Origin: Planctomycetota bacterium
GTDB lineage: Bacteria > Planctomycetota > UBA1135 > UBA2386
DNA length: 64,000 nucleotides
NCBI GenBank assembly: GCA_965223545.1
Contig: OZ245006.1
Location: 2,880,001-2,944,000 of the forward strand
Reading direction: 5' to 3'
Shown: positions 1-10,148 of the stretch, one piece after another
Layout of the letters: each line of letters begins with the position of its first letter
How positions within the stretch are numbered: position 1 is the stretch's first letter
Translations under genes and position numbers: made by a program
The notes under the pieces: generated by a model
Seen by the model: only the letters and a program-made list of their open reading frames with translations
What the model was told of the DNA's origin: nothing
The model's database searches: none

Positions 1-1268
1 CCGCGCAACCGGAAGCGTCCGTCGGCGCCGGTGCGTGCCGACGGCGACGCGGCGCCAGTGGCCAGGACCAACGCCTCCAACGCGGCGGGCAACTCCGACA
101 CCGTCGCGTGCTCGTGGTCCGCCGCCGAACCGTGGTCCCCGAGCATGGCGTCCATCGGCACCGACAAGCCGGCGAAGGCATCGTCGGGCACCACGAGCCG
201 CACGTCCGCCCCCGCGACCGCCGCACCGTGCTCGTCGAGCACGCGCCCCTCGACCGACCGCGCCCGCGCGACGACGAGCACCCGGTGGTCAGCAGGCGTG
301 GCGGGGTGCACGATGCAGCTGCGCAGGCTCTTGACCGTGCCGTCGTCGATCCAGAGCACCGCGTGTTCGCCGTACAACGAGAACGCGAAGCCGCCGTCGG
401 CGGCGGCGACGACGCGGGTCAGCACCCGATCCATCGCGATCGACACCTCCGCGCCGCCGACGGAAACACCGCTGCCGTCGATCACGCGCCCGCCGGACAA
501 CGTGACCCTCGGCGTTGCGGCGGCCGCGATCATGGCGTCCTCGCGACGAGGCTGCGCGGCACGCGCCGCGAAGCCACCCACCCGTGCAGTGGAGTCCCGC
601 ACGTCCGCCAGCGTCGGCGGCGACACCGCCGGGCTCGACGCCAGGACGAGCCAAGCGGCGCCGACCACCACGGCCGCCGAGACCGCGAGTCCGCCGAACC
701 GCGGCGCGAACGACCGGCGCGCCACCGCCGACGGGTCCACCCAGTTCGCCAAGATCGCCAGCCAACCGCCGCGCGAGCCGCAGGAACGGTCGAGTCGGGC
801 GCGCAGCACGGCGAGCGCGCGCGCCAGCCGACTGCGCACCGCCGCACTCGTCGATCCGGTGCGCGCCGCGATGACGCGCGGCGGTAGATCGTCGAAGTAG
901 CGCATCACCACCACCTCGCGGTCGCGCGGCTCCAGCGCCATCACCGCGTCGAGCAACCGGCGCTGCAGCTCGGTCCGCACCACGGAGTCGGCCGAGGCCG
1001 GCAGGCACTCGTCCCGCGCCGCGCCATGCTCCCTGCTGCGTCGCCGCCGCTCGGTGCGAGTGACGGTCGCCACTCGCCGCCGCACGACCCGCGCCAGCCA
1101 GGCGCGCAGCCCCGCCTCGTTCGCGGTCCGCGGAGGACGCTCGAGAGCTGCCACACAGACGTCCTGCACGGCGTCTTCCGCGCCGTGCGCGTCGCCGATC
1201 AACTCGACTGCCAGTGCGCGCAGCCAAGACGTCTGTCGCAGCAAGAGCTCGGGATCGATCGCAGCCAT
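1..1268 (-). CDS. ECF sigma-70 factor with long C-terminal extension (partial, runs off window start)
   Basis: Manual translation from ATG 1268: MAAIDPELLLRQTSWLRALAVELIGDAHGAEDAVQDV (region 2) ... DREVVVMRYFDDLPPRVIAARTGSTSAAVRSRLARA (region 4). Absent from the ORF track, probably because there is no stop inside the window. Confidence 0.88.
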   Translation of the reverse strand, partial: MAAIDPELLLRQTSWLRALAVELIGDAHGAEDAVQDVCVAALERPPRTANEAGLRAWLARVVRRRVATVTRTERRRRSREHGAARDECLPASADSVVRTELQRRLLDAVMALEPRDREVVVMRYFDDLPPRVIAARTGSTSAAVRSRLARALAVLRARLDRSCGSRGGWLAILANWVDPSAVARRSFAPRFGGLAVSAAVVVGAAWLVLASSPAVSPPTLADVRDSTARVGGFAARAAQPRREDAMIAAAATPRVTLSGGRVIDGSGVSVGGAEVSIAMDRVLTRVVAAADGGFAFSLYGEHAVLWIDDGTVKSLRSCIVHPATPADHRVLVVARARSVEGRVLDEHGAAVAGADVRLVVPDDAFAGLSVPMDAMLGDHGSAADHEHATVSELPAALEALVLATGAASPSARTGADGRFRLR

Positions 1269-1314
1269 CGGTCTACGCAAGAGAGACACCGGCGGCGGCG
1301 GATTGTCGCAAACT

Positions 1315-2862
1315 TCAGCGCGTATACACCGTCCAGTCCGGCATCCCGGGCAGCTCGATCCGGCGCGAGAAACCCGGCAGCCGTTCCGGTAGGCCCGCGG
1401 CACGCTTGCGCTTGAAGAGCAACACCCACTTCATGTCGGGGGGCAAGTGCCGGCGCCAGTGCTCCTCCGAGATCGGTACGCCCGCGGAGCTGCGGTCGAA
1501 CAGCGACCACGCATAGTGATACAGCTCGCCGTCGGCCATCAAGGTGGACAACGTGTTGAGCGGGAAGTAGGCCTGGCCGGGGTGGGCGACGGCGAAGTCG
1601 TAGGCCTGCCGCTGTTGGTTGTGGGCCACTTCGGGCAAACGCGCGAGCCGATGCACCGTCTTCTGCGGCCAACACATGAAGACCAGGGCGATCGCCATGC
1701 CGACGGGCAATGCGACCCGCTGCAGCAGGGGCTCCCGGTCCACGTCTCGACTCGCCTCTGCCGCTGCCAGGACGGCCAGCCCGATGGCCGCAACCATGTA
1801 GTAGAGGGTGTGGTAGCTGTTCATCCACCCGCCGATCTTGGCGCGCGCGATCCAGCTCATGGGAAACAGGGTCAGCGCGGCCAGGCCCGGCAACAACCAG
1901 GGCGCCTTCACCCAGCGCCGGCGGGCGCGCGGGGCCGTGAAATGCAGCAACCCCAGCACCACGACGAGCGGCAAGCTCCAGCGCGAGAGCTCTCTCAACA
2001 CACCGAACAAGCCAGCCATCGGGTGGGCCTGCGGCACGGTGAACACGTTGAACCACATGTTCTCGAAGCCAAATGCACCGACGAACACCGGCACCGACAG
2101 CGCGCCGAACAGCGCCAGCCGCAACAAGTAGCGCCACACCACGGCACCGCCAAACCCGACCCACAGCCAGATCAGCTGGCCTGGAACCATGGTGATCTCG
2201 ATCTGCTTCGCCCACACCGAGAGCACGGCGCACAGTGCCGACAGCGCCAGCCGGCCGCCCCCGGGGGCGAGACCGTCCGGCCGCAGCAGGGCCGCACAGC
2301 TCAGGAGCCCGAGCCCCACTGCCGTCGAGTCGACGTGGATGCCGGCCACCATCGAGCGCGGCCCGGGAACGAACAGCTGGAGGGCGACCGTGACGAGGCA
2401 GGCGCCGATCGCGATGGGGCGGCGCACGGGATCGCGCCATCGCCCCTGCATCAGCAACACGAACATCGGCACCACCCCGGCGAGCAGGTTGATGGTGCCG
2501 CCGATCAGCATCGCCGACGTGATGTCGGGCGCAACCATCGCCGGCAGCATCAACAACGGCATCACCGGTCCGTACAGCAGGGGCAACACGGCACCCTCCT
2601 CGGGCCCCGGATACAGCGGCACGCCATGCGTCATGACCGCCGCGAACGACAGTCGCGCGGCGCTCCAGCCGCGGAACGGCACTTCGGCCACGATCCCGAC
2701 CATGCCGAGCAGCAAGAGCAGGCAGGCCAAGGGCGTGACGGCCACGACGAACCGCAACCCCGGCGACAGGTCGCGGCGGTGCACACACCGCCACACGGCG
2801 ACCCCCACCGCGAGCACGGCCAACGCGCCGACGCCAATCCACCACCCGACCGGCGTCTGCAC
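1315..2862 (-). CDS. Polytopic membrane protein, probable GT-C (ArnT/PMT-like) glycosyltransferase
   Basis: 515 aa with many TM segments; YGP, HVD and WAKQ motifs resemble GT-C transferases; lies directly downstream of the GT2 gene. Confidence 0.6.
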   Translation of the reverse strand: MQTPVGWWIGVGALAVLAVGVAVWRCVHRRDLSPGLRFVVAVTPLACLLLLLGMVGIVAEVPFRGWSAARLSFAAVMTHGVPLYPGPEEGAVLPLLYGPVMPLLMLPAMVAPDITSAMLIGGTINLLAGVVPMFVLLMQGRWRDPVRRPIAIGACLVTVALQLFVPGPRSMVAGIHVDSTAVGLGLLSCAALLRPDGLAPGGGRLALSALCAVLSVWAKQIEITMVPGQLIWLWVGFGGAVVWRYLLRLALFGALSVPVFVGAFGFENMWFNVFTVPQAHPMAGLFGVLRELSRWSLPLVVVLGLLHFTAPRARRRWVKAPWLLPGLAALTLFPMSWIARAKIGGWMNSYHTLYYMVAAIGLAVLAAAEASRDVDREPLLQRVALPVGMAIALVFMCWPQKTVHRLARLPEVAHNQQRQAYDFAVAHPGQAYFPLNTLSTLMADGELYHYAWSLFDRSSAGVPISEEHWRRHLPPDMKWVLLFKRKRAAGLPERLPGFSRRIELPGMPDWTVYTR

Positions 2863-2864
2863 GG

Positions 2865-4301
2865 CTACGACAAACCCAGCCTCTTGGCGAAGATCAGCTT
2901 CAACATGCGCAGCGCGGTCTTCGACACCTTGAGAAACCCCTCGGAGTGCTTCGACTCACCACCGACCCGCGGGTAGTAGCTCACCGGAATCTCGACGACG
3001 CGGCGGCGCGCGCGCAGCACCTCGATCATCATCTCCGGTGAGAACTCCGGCCCGACGCCGTTGACCGAGTCGCGGATCTTGTGCCACGACTCGCGCCAGA
3101 TGGCCCGGTACGAGCAGCCGACGTCGGTGAACCGAGGCTCTTGGCTCCACCACATCAGCTCGACGATCTTGCCGACGACGATGTTTCCCAACCGCAGCAG
3201 GCCGCCCATGTTGGAGCCCTGCTCGATCATCTCACGCGTCGTGCGCGTGCCGATGACCATGTCGGCATCCTTCATGTACTGAAGAAACTTGCCGAGGTCC
3301 TTGGCGCGGAACGAGTGGTCGGCTTCGACGACGACCAGGACGTCGCCGATCGCGTGATCCAGGCCCCACTTGATCGTGTCGCCGTACCCGACTTGCTGCA
3401 CCGTTTCGACGCGAGCGCCGTTCTCTCTGGCGACCTCGACGGTGCGATCCTTCGAGGAGTTGTCGACGACCAAGACCTCGTCGGCGACATCGACGAAGTC
3501 GCGCACGACGTAGCCGATCGAGTCCTCCTCGTTGTACGCGGGGATGACGATGCTGATCTTGTACTCCGAGAAGGAGCGGCTCCGCGCCTTGTAGTTGGCG
3601 TAGTTGTAGTCCTCGATCGAGTTCACGTTGAGGTAGTCGCCGGAGAGGAAGAACGGTAGCACGAGATCGCCGCCACGCGCAGCGTCCCGGACGACGTCGG
3701 TCAGCTCGACGCGCTTGGAACGCGGGCTCGGGGCCGTGTCGCGGATGCGACCGAACAGCTCGGGCGTGAAGACCCACGTACCACAGCCGAGCAGGTCCGT
3801 CGTGACGTTGACGGGCTTCTCCTCGAGGTCGGTGATCCGGCCGTCGTTGATGACCAGTGAGTAGTTTTTCTCGATCAACCGCGGATTGTCGGTCTGCCGC
3901 ACGGCGCACACCGCGAAGAACTCGCCCTCGGGCACACGCAGCTCGGAGTGGTTGCTGCCGAGATAGAGCTCGTCGCCGAGCACCGTGACGAAAGGGCGGT
4001 CCAACAGCGGCTCGGCGAGCAGGACACCGCGCGCCAGCCCCACCTTGGGCTCGGCACAGTGCACGTATCGAATCTGGACGCCGAAGCGCTCCCCGTCACC
4101 CAGAAACGCGCGCACCTGATCGGCGAGGTAGCCGACGATGACGACGATGTCGCGGATGCCGAGCTGGTCGCGCAAGATCTCGATGTTGCGCTGGATCAGC
4201 GGCTTGCCCGCGATCTCGAGCATGACCTTCGGAATCCAACTCGTCGCGGGATAGGCGCGCACTCCGCGCCCCGCAGCGGGAATCAGTCCGAGGTCGAGCA
4301 T
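2865..4301 (-). CDS. Sugar-phosphate nucleotidyltransferase fused to a GT2 (polyprenol-phosphate glycosyltransferase-like) domain
   Basis: N-terminal LIPAAGRGVR..PKVMLEIAGKP and EEKP motifs. C-terminal SIVIPAYNEE, VVDNSSKD, EADHS, FTDVGCSYRA, EIPVSYYPRVGGESK. Start set at ATG 4301. Confidence 0.88.
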   Translation of the reverse strand: MLDLGLIPAAGRGVRAYPATSWIPKVMLEIAGKPLIQRNIEILRDQLGIRDIVVIVGYLADQVRAFLGDGERFGVQIRYVHCAEPKVGLARGVLLAEPLLDRPFVTVLGDELYLGSNHSELRVPEGEFFAVCAVRQTDNPRLIEKNYSLVINDGRITDLEEKPVNVTTDLLGCGTWVFTPELFGRIRDTAPSPRSKRVELTDVVRDAARGGDLVLPFFLSGDYLNVNSIEDYNYANYKARSRSFSEYKISIVIPAYNEEDSIGYVVRDFVDVADEVLVVDNSSKDRTVEVARENGARVETVQQVGYGDTIKWGLDHAIGDVLVVVEADHSFRAKDLGKFLQYMKDADMVIGTRTTREMIEQGSNMGGLLRLGNIVVGKIVELMWWSQEPRFTDVGCSYRAIWRESWHKIRDSVNGVGPEFSPEMMIEVLRARRRVVEIPVSYYPRVGGESKHSEGFLKVSKTALRMLKLIFAKRLGLS

Positions 4302-4450
4302 GCAGGGGAGGAAAGATAGCGGCGGCGCCCGGGAATCCCAACTCGGGTGACCCGGCAGCACGCGGGGGAATGGGTGCAGCCCACGTTGGCGCCGAGAGAA
4401 TCGGGCCCCCCTCGCCATTCGCGACGGTCGGCGCCTATGGTGACCGCTGT

Positions 4451-5725
4451 ATGCGCCCCGCCTCGCTGCCCCTCATCGCCGTCTTGCTGCTGCCGACCGC
4501 GGCCTATCTGGTCGCGGTCGGGATCGCCGTGTTCGGCACGCCCCGGGCCCGATTCGAGACCGGCGACTACGTCGTCGCCGCCATCGTCGGGCTGTACACG
4601 CTGCTCGTGTTGGTCATCGCACGCTCGCGCCGCGGGGCAGCGCGCTTCGCCCTGCTGACGGGTTCGTGCCTGCTGGCCTGGGTGGGGTTCGAGCTGGCGT
4701 ACCGGGCCCTGGGGCCTCTTTCGGTGACGCCCTGGGTGCCGAACCTCAACGCGTCGTTCGACGTCGACCCATCGATCCCGGGACTGGGCGGCGCGGTGAA
4801 CGTGACCACCAACCGCTACGGCCTGCGCGGCGACGAGCGCGCGCCCGAGGAGGTCGACCATTCCGTTCTCGCCCTGGGTGGCAGCACGACCGAGTGCCTC
4901 TACGTCGACGACGCCAAGACGTGGACGCAGATCCTGCAGCGCAACCTCGAGCAAGAGCTCGACCGCAGCGTCTTGGTCGCCAACGCCGGGCGCGCCGGCC
5001 ACCGCCTGTTCCAGCACACGTTCATGCTCCGCCACTACCCACCGGCCGCCGACTTCGATTGGGTGGTCGTGCTGGCGGGCTTCAACGAGGCCTTCTGGCT
5101 GTTCCGCGGCGACTGGAAGAAGTCGCGAGGCGCGCAGCTCGCCAACACGTTGATCGGCTACGACCCGAAGGCGGCGCCCTACAAGCAGCTCGCGGCCTAT
5201 CGCCTGATCGCCGCGATGCTGCGCAGTGGACGCAATGTCGGCGAGGGGACGATCCAGGACGCCAACGGGCTGTGGATGGTCCGCTTGCGCGAGCAGCGCC
5301 AGGCGATGCTGAAGAAGAACGTCATCCAGGGCTTGCCCGCCGATCTGGACGCCGCGCTGGAGCAGTATCGCGCAGACCTCCTCGATCTGGTCGCCGCGAC
5401 GCGCGAGAACGACCAGCGCCTCGTGCTCATGACGCAACCGTTCTTGCCGCGCGAAAACCTGCCGGAAGACCTCGAGGCCCTGCTCTACACCGGCGTCGTC
5501 GCCAAGGTCGGCGCCTACCCGACGGCCACGATCGCCGCGGTCGTGCGCCGCTTCAACGACGTGACCCGCCAGGTCGCGCGCGAGGCCGGGGTCGCCTGCC
5601 TCGACATCGCCGACCGCTTGCCGCCCGACACGACCACGTTCTACGACGACTGCCACTTCAACATCTCGGGGTGCGCGCAAGTGGGCGCGCTCGCCACCGA
5701 GGGCATGCTGCCGCTGCTGCGCTGA
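4451..5725 (+). CDS. Membrane-anchored SGNH/GDSL hydrolase-family protein
   Basis: Three N-terminal TM segments; LGGSTT (block I), NAGRAG (block II), GFNE (block III), DDCHF (block V). Confidence 0.8.
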   Translation: MRPASLPLIAVLLLPTAAYLVAVGIAVFGTPRARFETGDYVVAAIVGLYTLLVLVIARSRRGAARFALLTGSCLLAWVGFELAYRALGPLSVTPWVPNLNASFDVDPSIPGLGGAVNVTTNRYGLRGDERAPEEVDHSVLALGGSTTECLYVDDAKTWTQILQRNLEQELDRSVLVANAGRAGHRLFQHTFMLRHYPPAADFDWVVVLAGFNEAFWLFRGDWKKSRGAQLANTLIGYDPKAAPYKQLAAYRLIAAMLRSGRNVGEGTIQDANGLWMVRLREQRQAMLKKNVIQGLPADLDAALEQYRADLLDLVAATRENDQRLVLMTQPFLPRENLPEDLEALLYTGVVAKVGAYPTATIAAVVRRFNDVTRQVAREAGVACLDIADRLPPDTTTFYDDCHFNISGCAQVGALATEGMLPLLR

Positions 5726-5760
5726 CGCGCTGACGCGCGCAGGGTCGTCGGCAGCGAGCC

Positions 5761-8700
5761 TCAGCGCAGGTCGGCCGAGCGGTCGGCCACGGCGTCGAAC
5801 CGGCCGGGCGGCTGCCGCGCGGCCCAGGCCATGGCGCGGAACAGCAGGCGCCGATAGAGCGGGTCGTTGTAGGTCCACGTGGCCTGACCGATCGCCAAGC
5901 CCACGACCCGAGCGTCCCCGGCGGCGTGCGTCCACAGAGCGGGGTGCTCGCTGCCGTCCTCCGCACGCGCCATCGCCAAGATCTCGACGCCGGCTCGGTC
6001 GCCGCGCAGCGGGAGGAGCTGGTCGAGGAACTCGACCCCCTCGAGCTCCAGCCCCGCCAGGATCGGATGCTCCGCCGCCGCGGCCTCGACGCGCAGGGTC
6101 ACGGTCTGCGACGTCCGCGGCAGCTCGACTTCGGGGTCCATGCTCAGGCCGACGTACGAGGCGACGGCGTCGCCGCGCAGCGCGGCGTTGACGAAGACGA
6201 GGCCCTTGCCCGCGTCGCGAATCTGCGCCAAGCCCTTCCACGCTCGCTCGGAGATCAACACTCCATCGCGATAGCAGACGGCGAGGTCGACCCCCTTGGC
6301 GCGAAAGATGTCCCAGTTGGCGTTGGGCACCACGACCTTGGTGTCCGGCGCTCCGCCGAGCAGAGTCTGCCACGCCTTCTGCCAGGTGAAGAATTCGTAC
6401 AGCCCTCCACCGCTGTCGGCCGAGGCGTCACCGAGCAGCAACAGCCGCAGCGCCGCCCGCCCGCTCTCCGAACTTGCGGGGCGCAGGCGCGCGGCCAGCT
6501 CTTCGGCGTCGCGAGCCGGGGGCCAACCGGGCCGATTCTCCGGCAGACGGCCAAAGGCCACCGGATCGAGCATCAAGTGATCCAACAGCTGCGCCATCCC
6601 GGTCTCGCCGAGGCGAGCGGCGAGACCGTCGGGCATCGTGGACATGGCGGTCGGCGTGAGCGACTCGATCGCCGCGGCGTCGATCTGGTGGGTCACACCG
6701 GCCGCGTCGGTCACCGCAACCTGCTCTCCCGCACGGGTGAGGAACCCCACGCGCTCGTTGCCGTCGGCCAGCTTCACTTCGTGCGTCACGTAGTCCGGAT
6801 TGATCGCCGCGCTCGGCTCGCGGATGTCGCGGATGACCGACGCGCGGTCGCGGTGTACCAGGTTGTCGAGGTTGGGCCCGCCGGGGTTGCCGACGCCGCG
6901 GTGCAAGTGGCACGCCGAGCATTGCGACAGAAACAGATCGCGGCCCGACACGAAGCCGCCGGCGACCGGCTCGTGCTCGACCGGTGGCGCGGCGGGCGGC
7001 CGCGCGCCCGCGCTCACCCAGGGGAGTAGCAGACGCTCGATGCCGACGGGGTCGCGCCAAGGCGCGTCTCCCACTCTCAGCGTCACGCGCCCGGTGGGCA
7101 ACGACGCGCTGCCGGTGGGCATGACGAGCTCGAGCGAGACCGGCGGCCGATCGGCTGCCGCCGCGATGCGCACCTCCCCCATTGCCGCGATCTCGCGACC
7201 GTCCACGCGAGCGCTGCTCCCCGGCGGCGCCTCGATCCGCAGCACGCAGTCCCCGGCGGGCAGGTCCACCTGGGTCTTCATCGTCAGGCGGCCGGGCTCG
7301 CGACAACGCGCCCAAAACGCCTCGTGCGCGGCGCTCCCCCGCGTCAAGACGTGGCTGGCACCGAGGTCGGTGTGCGGCAACCACACGGACTGCGCCGCGG
7401 CCTCGCCCTGCCAATGCGCGACCACTCCCGTCAGGGTGTAGTCGAGCTCGATCGACTGACCGACTGCGGCGGCGCCGTCGACGTCCGGCACCGGCAAGCG
7501 CAGGGCGAACCAGTTCCACGCGTGGGCCGCCGGCGTCGACGGAGTGCGCGCGAGATAGCTCGGGTGCGGATCGGTCCGCACCACCACCGTCCGGCCCTCG
7601 TCGGCGAGGGACACGCCTTTGACCGGCAGCCGGAACCTGCGGTCGCCGCCCTCTTCTTGGCGCGCCTGATAGCCGGGCTTCTTCGTCTCGAAGCGATCCC
7701 CGGCGCGCACGGCATCGCCGAAGGTCAGCTCCACCGCGGACAGATCGCCGAACGCTTCCGCCGGCAACGGCCGATCGAACGCCACGCGCACCTCGTCCTC
7801 CGCCGCGGCCCAGGCGATCACCGGCTGCGGCCGGTCCCTCCCCGTGTACCGCACCTTGAACAGCGCGCCCACGCCCTGCGGACCACTCCCCCAATCCGGG
7901 TCGCCGCCATGCCCGGCGACGACCAGGCCGTTGTCCGGCGTCAGGCACTGATCGACGATCAGGGTGTCCGCGACCGCCCAAGTGACGTTGCGCGCGACGT
8001 AGCCTTCGGGGGTCTTGGCCACCGGCGTGCGGAACAACCGGCCGCGGGAGAAGCCCGCCACCAAGGCATCGCCCCGCCACTCGTCCGGGCCGAAGCCGGC
8101 GCCACCGGCACTCCCCTCGTTGAACACCAACCCACACGTGCACTGGTGCTGAGGGCCGTAGTCGTAGAGCGACGCCGCGTCGTGGGCGTCGGGCAAGAAG
8201 CGCGGATGCCGCGGCGGGAAGCCGTAGTGCCGCCCGCGCTGGATGTGCAGCAGCTCGTCGAACGGATTGCCGTTCTTCAGCCACGTCGACCCCTCCTGGT
8301 CGGTGGCGAACAGGTCGCCGGCCGCGTTCAGCGCCAGCCCGACCGAGAACCGCACGCCGGTGCTGAGCTTCTCGCTGCGCCACCGCCCATCGGGGTTTTC
8401 TGGGTCGGGGCGCGCCACGTGGATCGCGCCGCGCACCGAGGCAGGGTCGTAGTGCGCGCGCCCGCCGCGACGCAGGTAGGGGTTGCTGAAGTCCGTCGTG
8501 CCGACCCCGTAGTAGATGCTGCCGTCCGGGGCGAACACCGCGCCGAACGCGTCGGTGCCCCCGCCCGAATTCCAGGGCTTCTCCCACCCGTCGGCGATCA
8601 CCACCTCGCGGTCGGCAACGTCGTCGCCATCGACGTCGAGCCACAGCGCCACCTTGCCGACGCCGGCGATCAGCACGCCATCACCGAGCGCGAAGCCCGG

Positions 8701-9069
8701 CGGCGTGACGTCGAGCCCGACCGGATGCTTGACCGGCTCGCGCAAGAACTCGCGCGCGTCGTCTTCCAAACCGTCGCCGTCGGTATCGCGCAGCAAGTAG
8801 ACGCGGCCGTTGTAGCCCATCGCCACCAGCGTGCCGTCGGCGCGATAGCGCACGTTGTTGACGTTCGGCAGCTCGACGGGGATGCGCTGCGCCTCGAAGC
8901 CGGGCACCAAGAACTCGATGGGCGCGTCGGCGTTTGCGCCGGGGTGGCGGGGTACGAGGTGCGCGACCTCGTAGGGCCAGGGTTGTTGCTGCTCGCCGCA
9001 TGCGGCGAAGAGCAGTGGTAGACCGCTCAAGAGAGTCCGAGCGGCGAGTGCTCGAGTCCTCACCGACAT
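5761..9069 (-). CDS. PVC-type heme-c binding lipoprotein: sorbosone-dehydrogenase-like propeller + cytochrome c + ThuA-like domain
   Basis: Lipobox LFAAC; DTDGDG repeats and propeller; CSACH followed by GPNL..IREPSAAINPDY..STMPDGL; C-terminal HPIL..HPALW..IGQ..W ThuA-like segment. Start uncertain (9069 chosen). Confidence 0.8.
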   Translation of the reverse strand: MSVRTRALAARTLLSGLPLLFAACGEQQQPWPYEVAHLVPRHPGANADAPIEFLVPGFEAQRIPVELPNVNNVRYRADGTLVAMGYNGRVYLLRDTDGDGLEDDAREFLREPVKHPVGLDVTPPGFALGDGVLIAGVGKVALWLDVDGDDVADREVVIADGWEKPWNSGGGTDAFGAVFAPDGSIYYGVGTTDFSNPYLRRGGRAHYDPASVRGAIHVARPDPENPDGRWRSEKLSTGVRFSVGLALNAAGDLFATDQEGSTWLKNGNPFDELLHIQRGRHYGFPPRHPRFLPDAHDAASLYDYGPQHQCTCGLVFNEGSAGGAGFGPDEWRGDALVAGFSRGRLFRTPVAKTPEGYVARNVTWAVADTLIVDQCLTPDNGLVVAGHGGDPDWGSGPQGVGALFKVRYTGRDRPQPVIAWAAAEDEVRVAFDRPLPAEAFGDLSAVELTFGDAVRAGDRFETKKPGYQARQEEGGDRRFRLPVKGVSLADEGRTVVVRTDPHPSYLARTPSTPAAHAWNWFALRLPVPDVDGAAAVGQSIELDYTLTGVVAHWQGEAAAQSVWLPHTDLGASHVLTRGSAAHEAFWARCREPGRLTMKTQVDLPAGDCVLRIEAPPGSSARVDGREIAAMGEVRIAAAADRPPVSLELVMPTGSASLPTGRVTLRVGDAPWRDPVGIERLLLPWVSAGARPPAAPPVEHEPVAGGFVSGRDLFLSQCSACHLHRGVGNPGGPNLDNLVHRDRASVIRDIREPSAAINPDYVTHEVKLADGNERVGFLTRAGEQVAVTDAAGVTHQIDAAAIESLTPTAMSTMPDGLAARLGETGMAQLLDHLMLDPVAFGRLPENRPGWPPARDAEELAARLRPASSESGRAALRLLLLGDASADSGGGLYEFFTWQKAWQTLLGGAPDTKVVVPNANWDIFRAKGVDLAVCYRDGVLISERAWKGLAQIRDAGKGLVFVNAALRGDAVASYVGLSMDPEVELPRTSQTVTLRVEAAAAEHPILAGLELEGVEFLDQLLPLRGDRAGVEILAMARAEDGSEHPALWTHAAGDARVVGLAIGQATWTYNDPLYRRLLFRAMAWAARQPPGRFDAVADRSADLR

Positions 9070-9252
9070 TTGTTTCCCACGGTTCTCAGCCCTGCGTGAC
9101 ATTTCGTTTCGGTGGTGTCCAAGAGTCAATCGACCTTTCGGCGCAGATCTTACGGCGGCAGACGCACCCGTCTGTACCGTCCATGATGCCGGCGTTGTGC
9201 CGGGGGGCGATGGTCGCGTCCGAGTCGTCAGCATCGCCGCGACCGAGACCGG

Positions 9253-9657
9253 TCAGTAGTCCCCGCGAAGCACGAGTCTCGATCGCGCCGCCAACTCCTT
9301 CTCAATCGCCATTTTGCGACTCTTGGTGAGCGCTGGCTCGATCCCATCACCCGGGTGCGGCCACCCACCGATCTCAACGTGTCGCTCGTAGGTCACGTCG
9401 TCGCGAACGGCCGTCAGCCCAGCATCGCGCACGTCGCGGACCGAGAGTGCTGCCCAGCCCTTCAAACTGGCGACGCGACCGGGTGAAACATACTCTTCGG
9501 CGATCGATTCGATCTCTCTCGGGCCGATTCCATCCGTCTGACATGCAGACGTGAACCCGTCGAACGCACGACTCCTAACGACACGTCTCTCCTTGCCGTA
9601 CGCCTTCTTCGAGTAAATGAAGTTCGCAATCTCCGAGTCTGGCTTCAGGACGCACAT
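9253..9657 (-). CDS. Hypothetical protein, putative ADP-ribosyltransferase-like toxin
   Basis: 134 aa with RAF..FTS..G and ERHVEIGGWP pattern; last gene of a coupled three-gene operon. Start could be 9657 or 9711. Confidence 0.45.
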   Translation of the reverse strand: MCVLKPDSEIANFIYSKKAYGKERRVVRSRAFDGFTSACQTDGIGPREIESIAEEYVSPGRVASLKGWAALSVRDVRDAGLTAVRDDVTYERHVEIGGWPHPGDGIEPALTKSRKMAIEKELAARSRLVLRGDY

Positions 9658-10148
9658 GGCCGACGTCGCGATGCGAATCGGACGAGGTTGACCTGAAGTT
9701 CGGGCGGCCACTCGCCCCCGAACCTAACCGATCCGTTCTGTCTCGAACACGCGAAGCGGCAGGCGTAACTGACGCCACCTCCCTCGTTGAGGCTGACCTC
9801 GAACGTCCATTCGGAGTCATCGAACCACTCCATACGGATATCGCCGTCGGTGTCGGCAAACACATCAGGCTCCGGGAAACCAGGGGGAATCGCTTCAACG
9901 AACTTCCTGGCCAGCGCCACAGTCTCAGTGCTCACCGCGGGCGAGCCCCGCCCGTCCCAATTCTCAGTCGACGCCTCGAGAGCGACACGATCCAACTCGG
10001 CCAGCGCTTCGAGGTTGGATTTCGCGCTGGAATAGGAACTACCGCCAGACTGGTCGAACCCGCATTCTACCTTGGAGGCGGTCGCGCTCGGTGCGAGCGC
10101 GAAGAACAATCCAGTGGCCAAGGGCGCGCGATTCAGGACCCGACTCAT
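9645..10148 (-). CDS. Conserved hypothetical WDG-motif protein, putative antitoxin
   Basis: NWDGRGSPAVS..A..FVEAIP...PEPDVFADTDGDIRMEW motif; ATGA overlap with the upstream gene. Confidence 0.6.
   Translation of the reverse strand: MSRVLNRAPLATGLFFALAPSATASKVECGFDQSGGSSYSSAKSNLEALAELDRVALEASTENWDGRGSPAVSTETVALARKFVEAIPPGFPEPDVFADTDGDIRMEWFDDSEWTFEVSLNEGGGVSYACRFACSRQNGSVRFGGEWPPELQVNLVRFASRRRPCAS

Noticed and set aside
31..1227. Several overlapping ORFs listed at the window start
   Set aside because: Low-complexity Arg/Ala shadows of the minus-strand ECF sigma gene.
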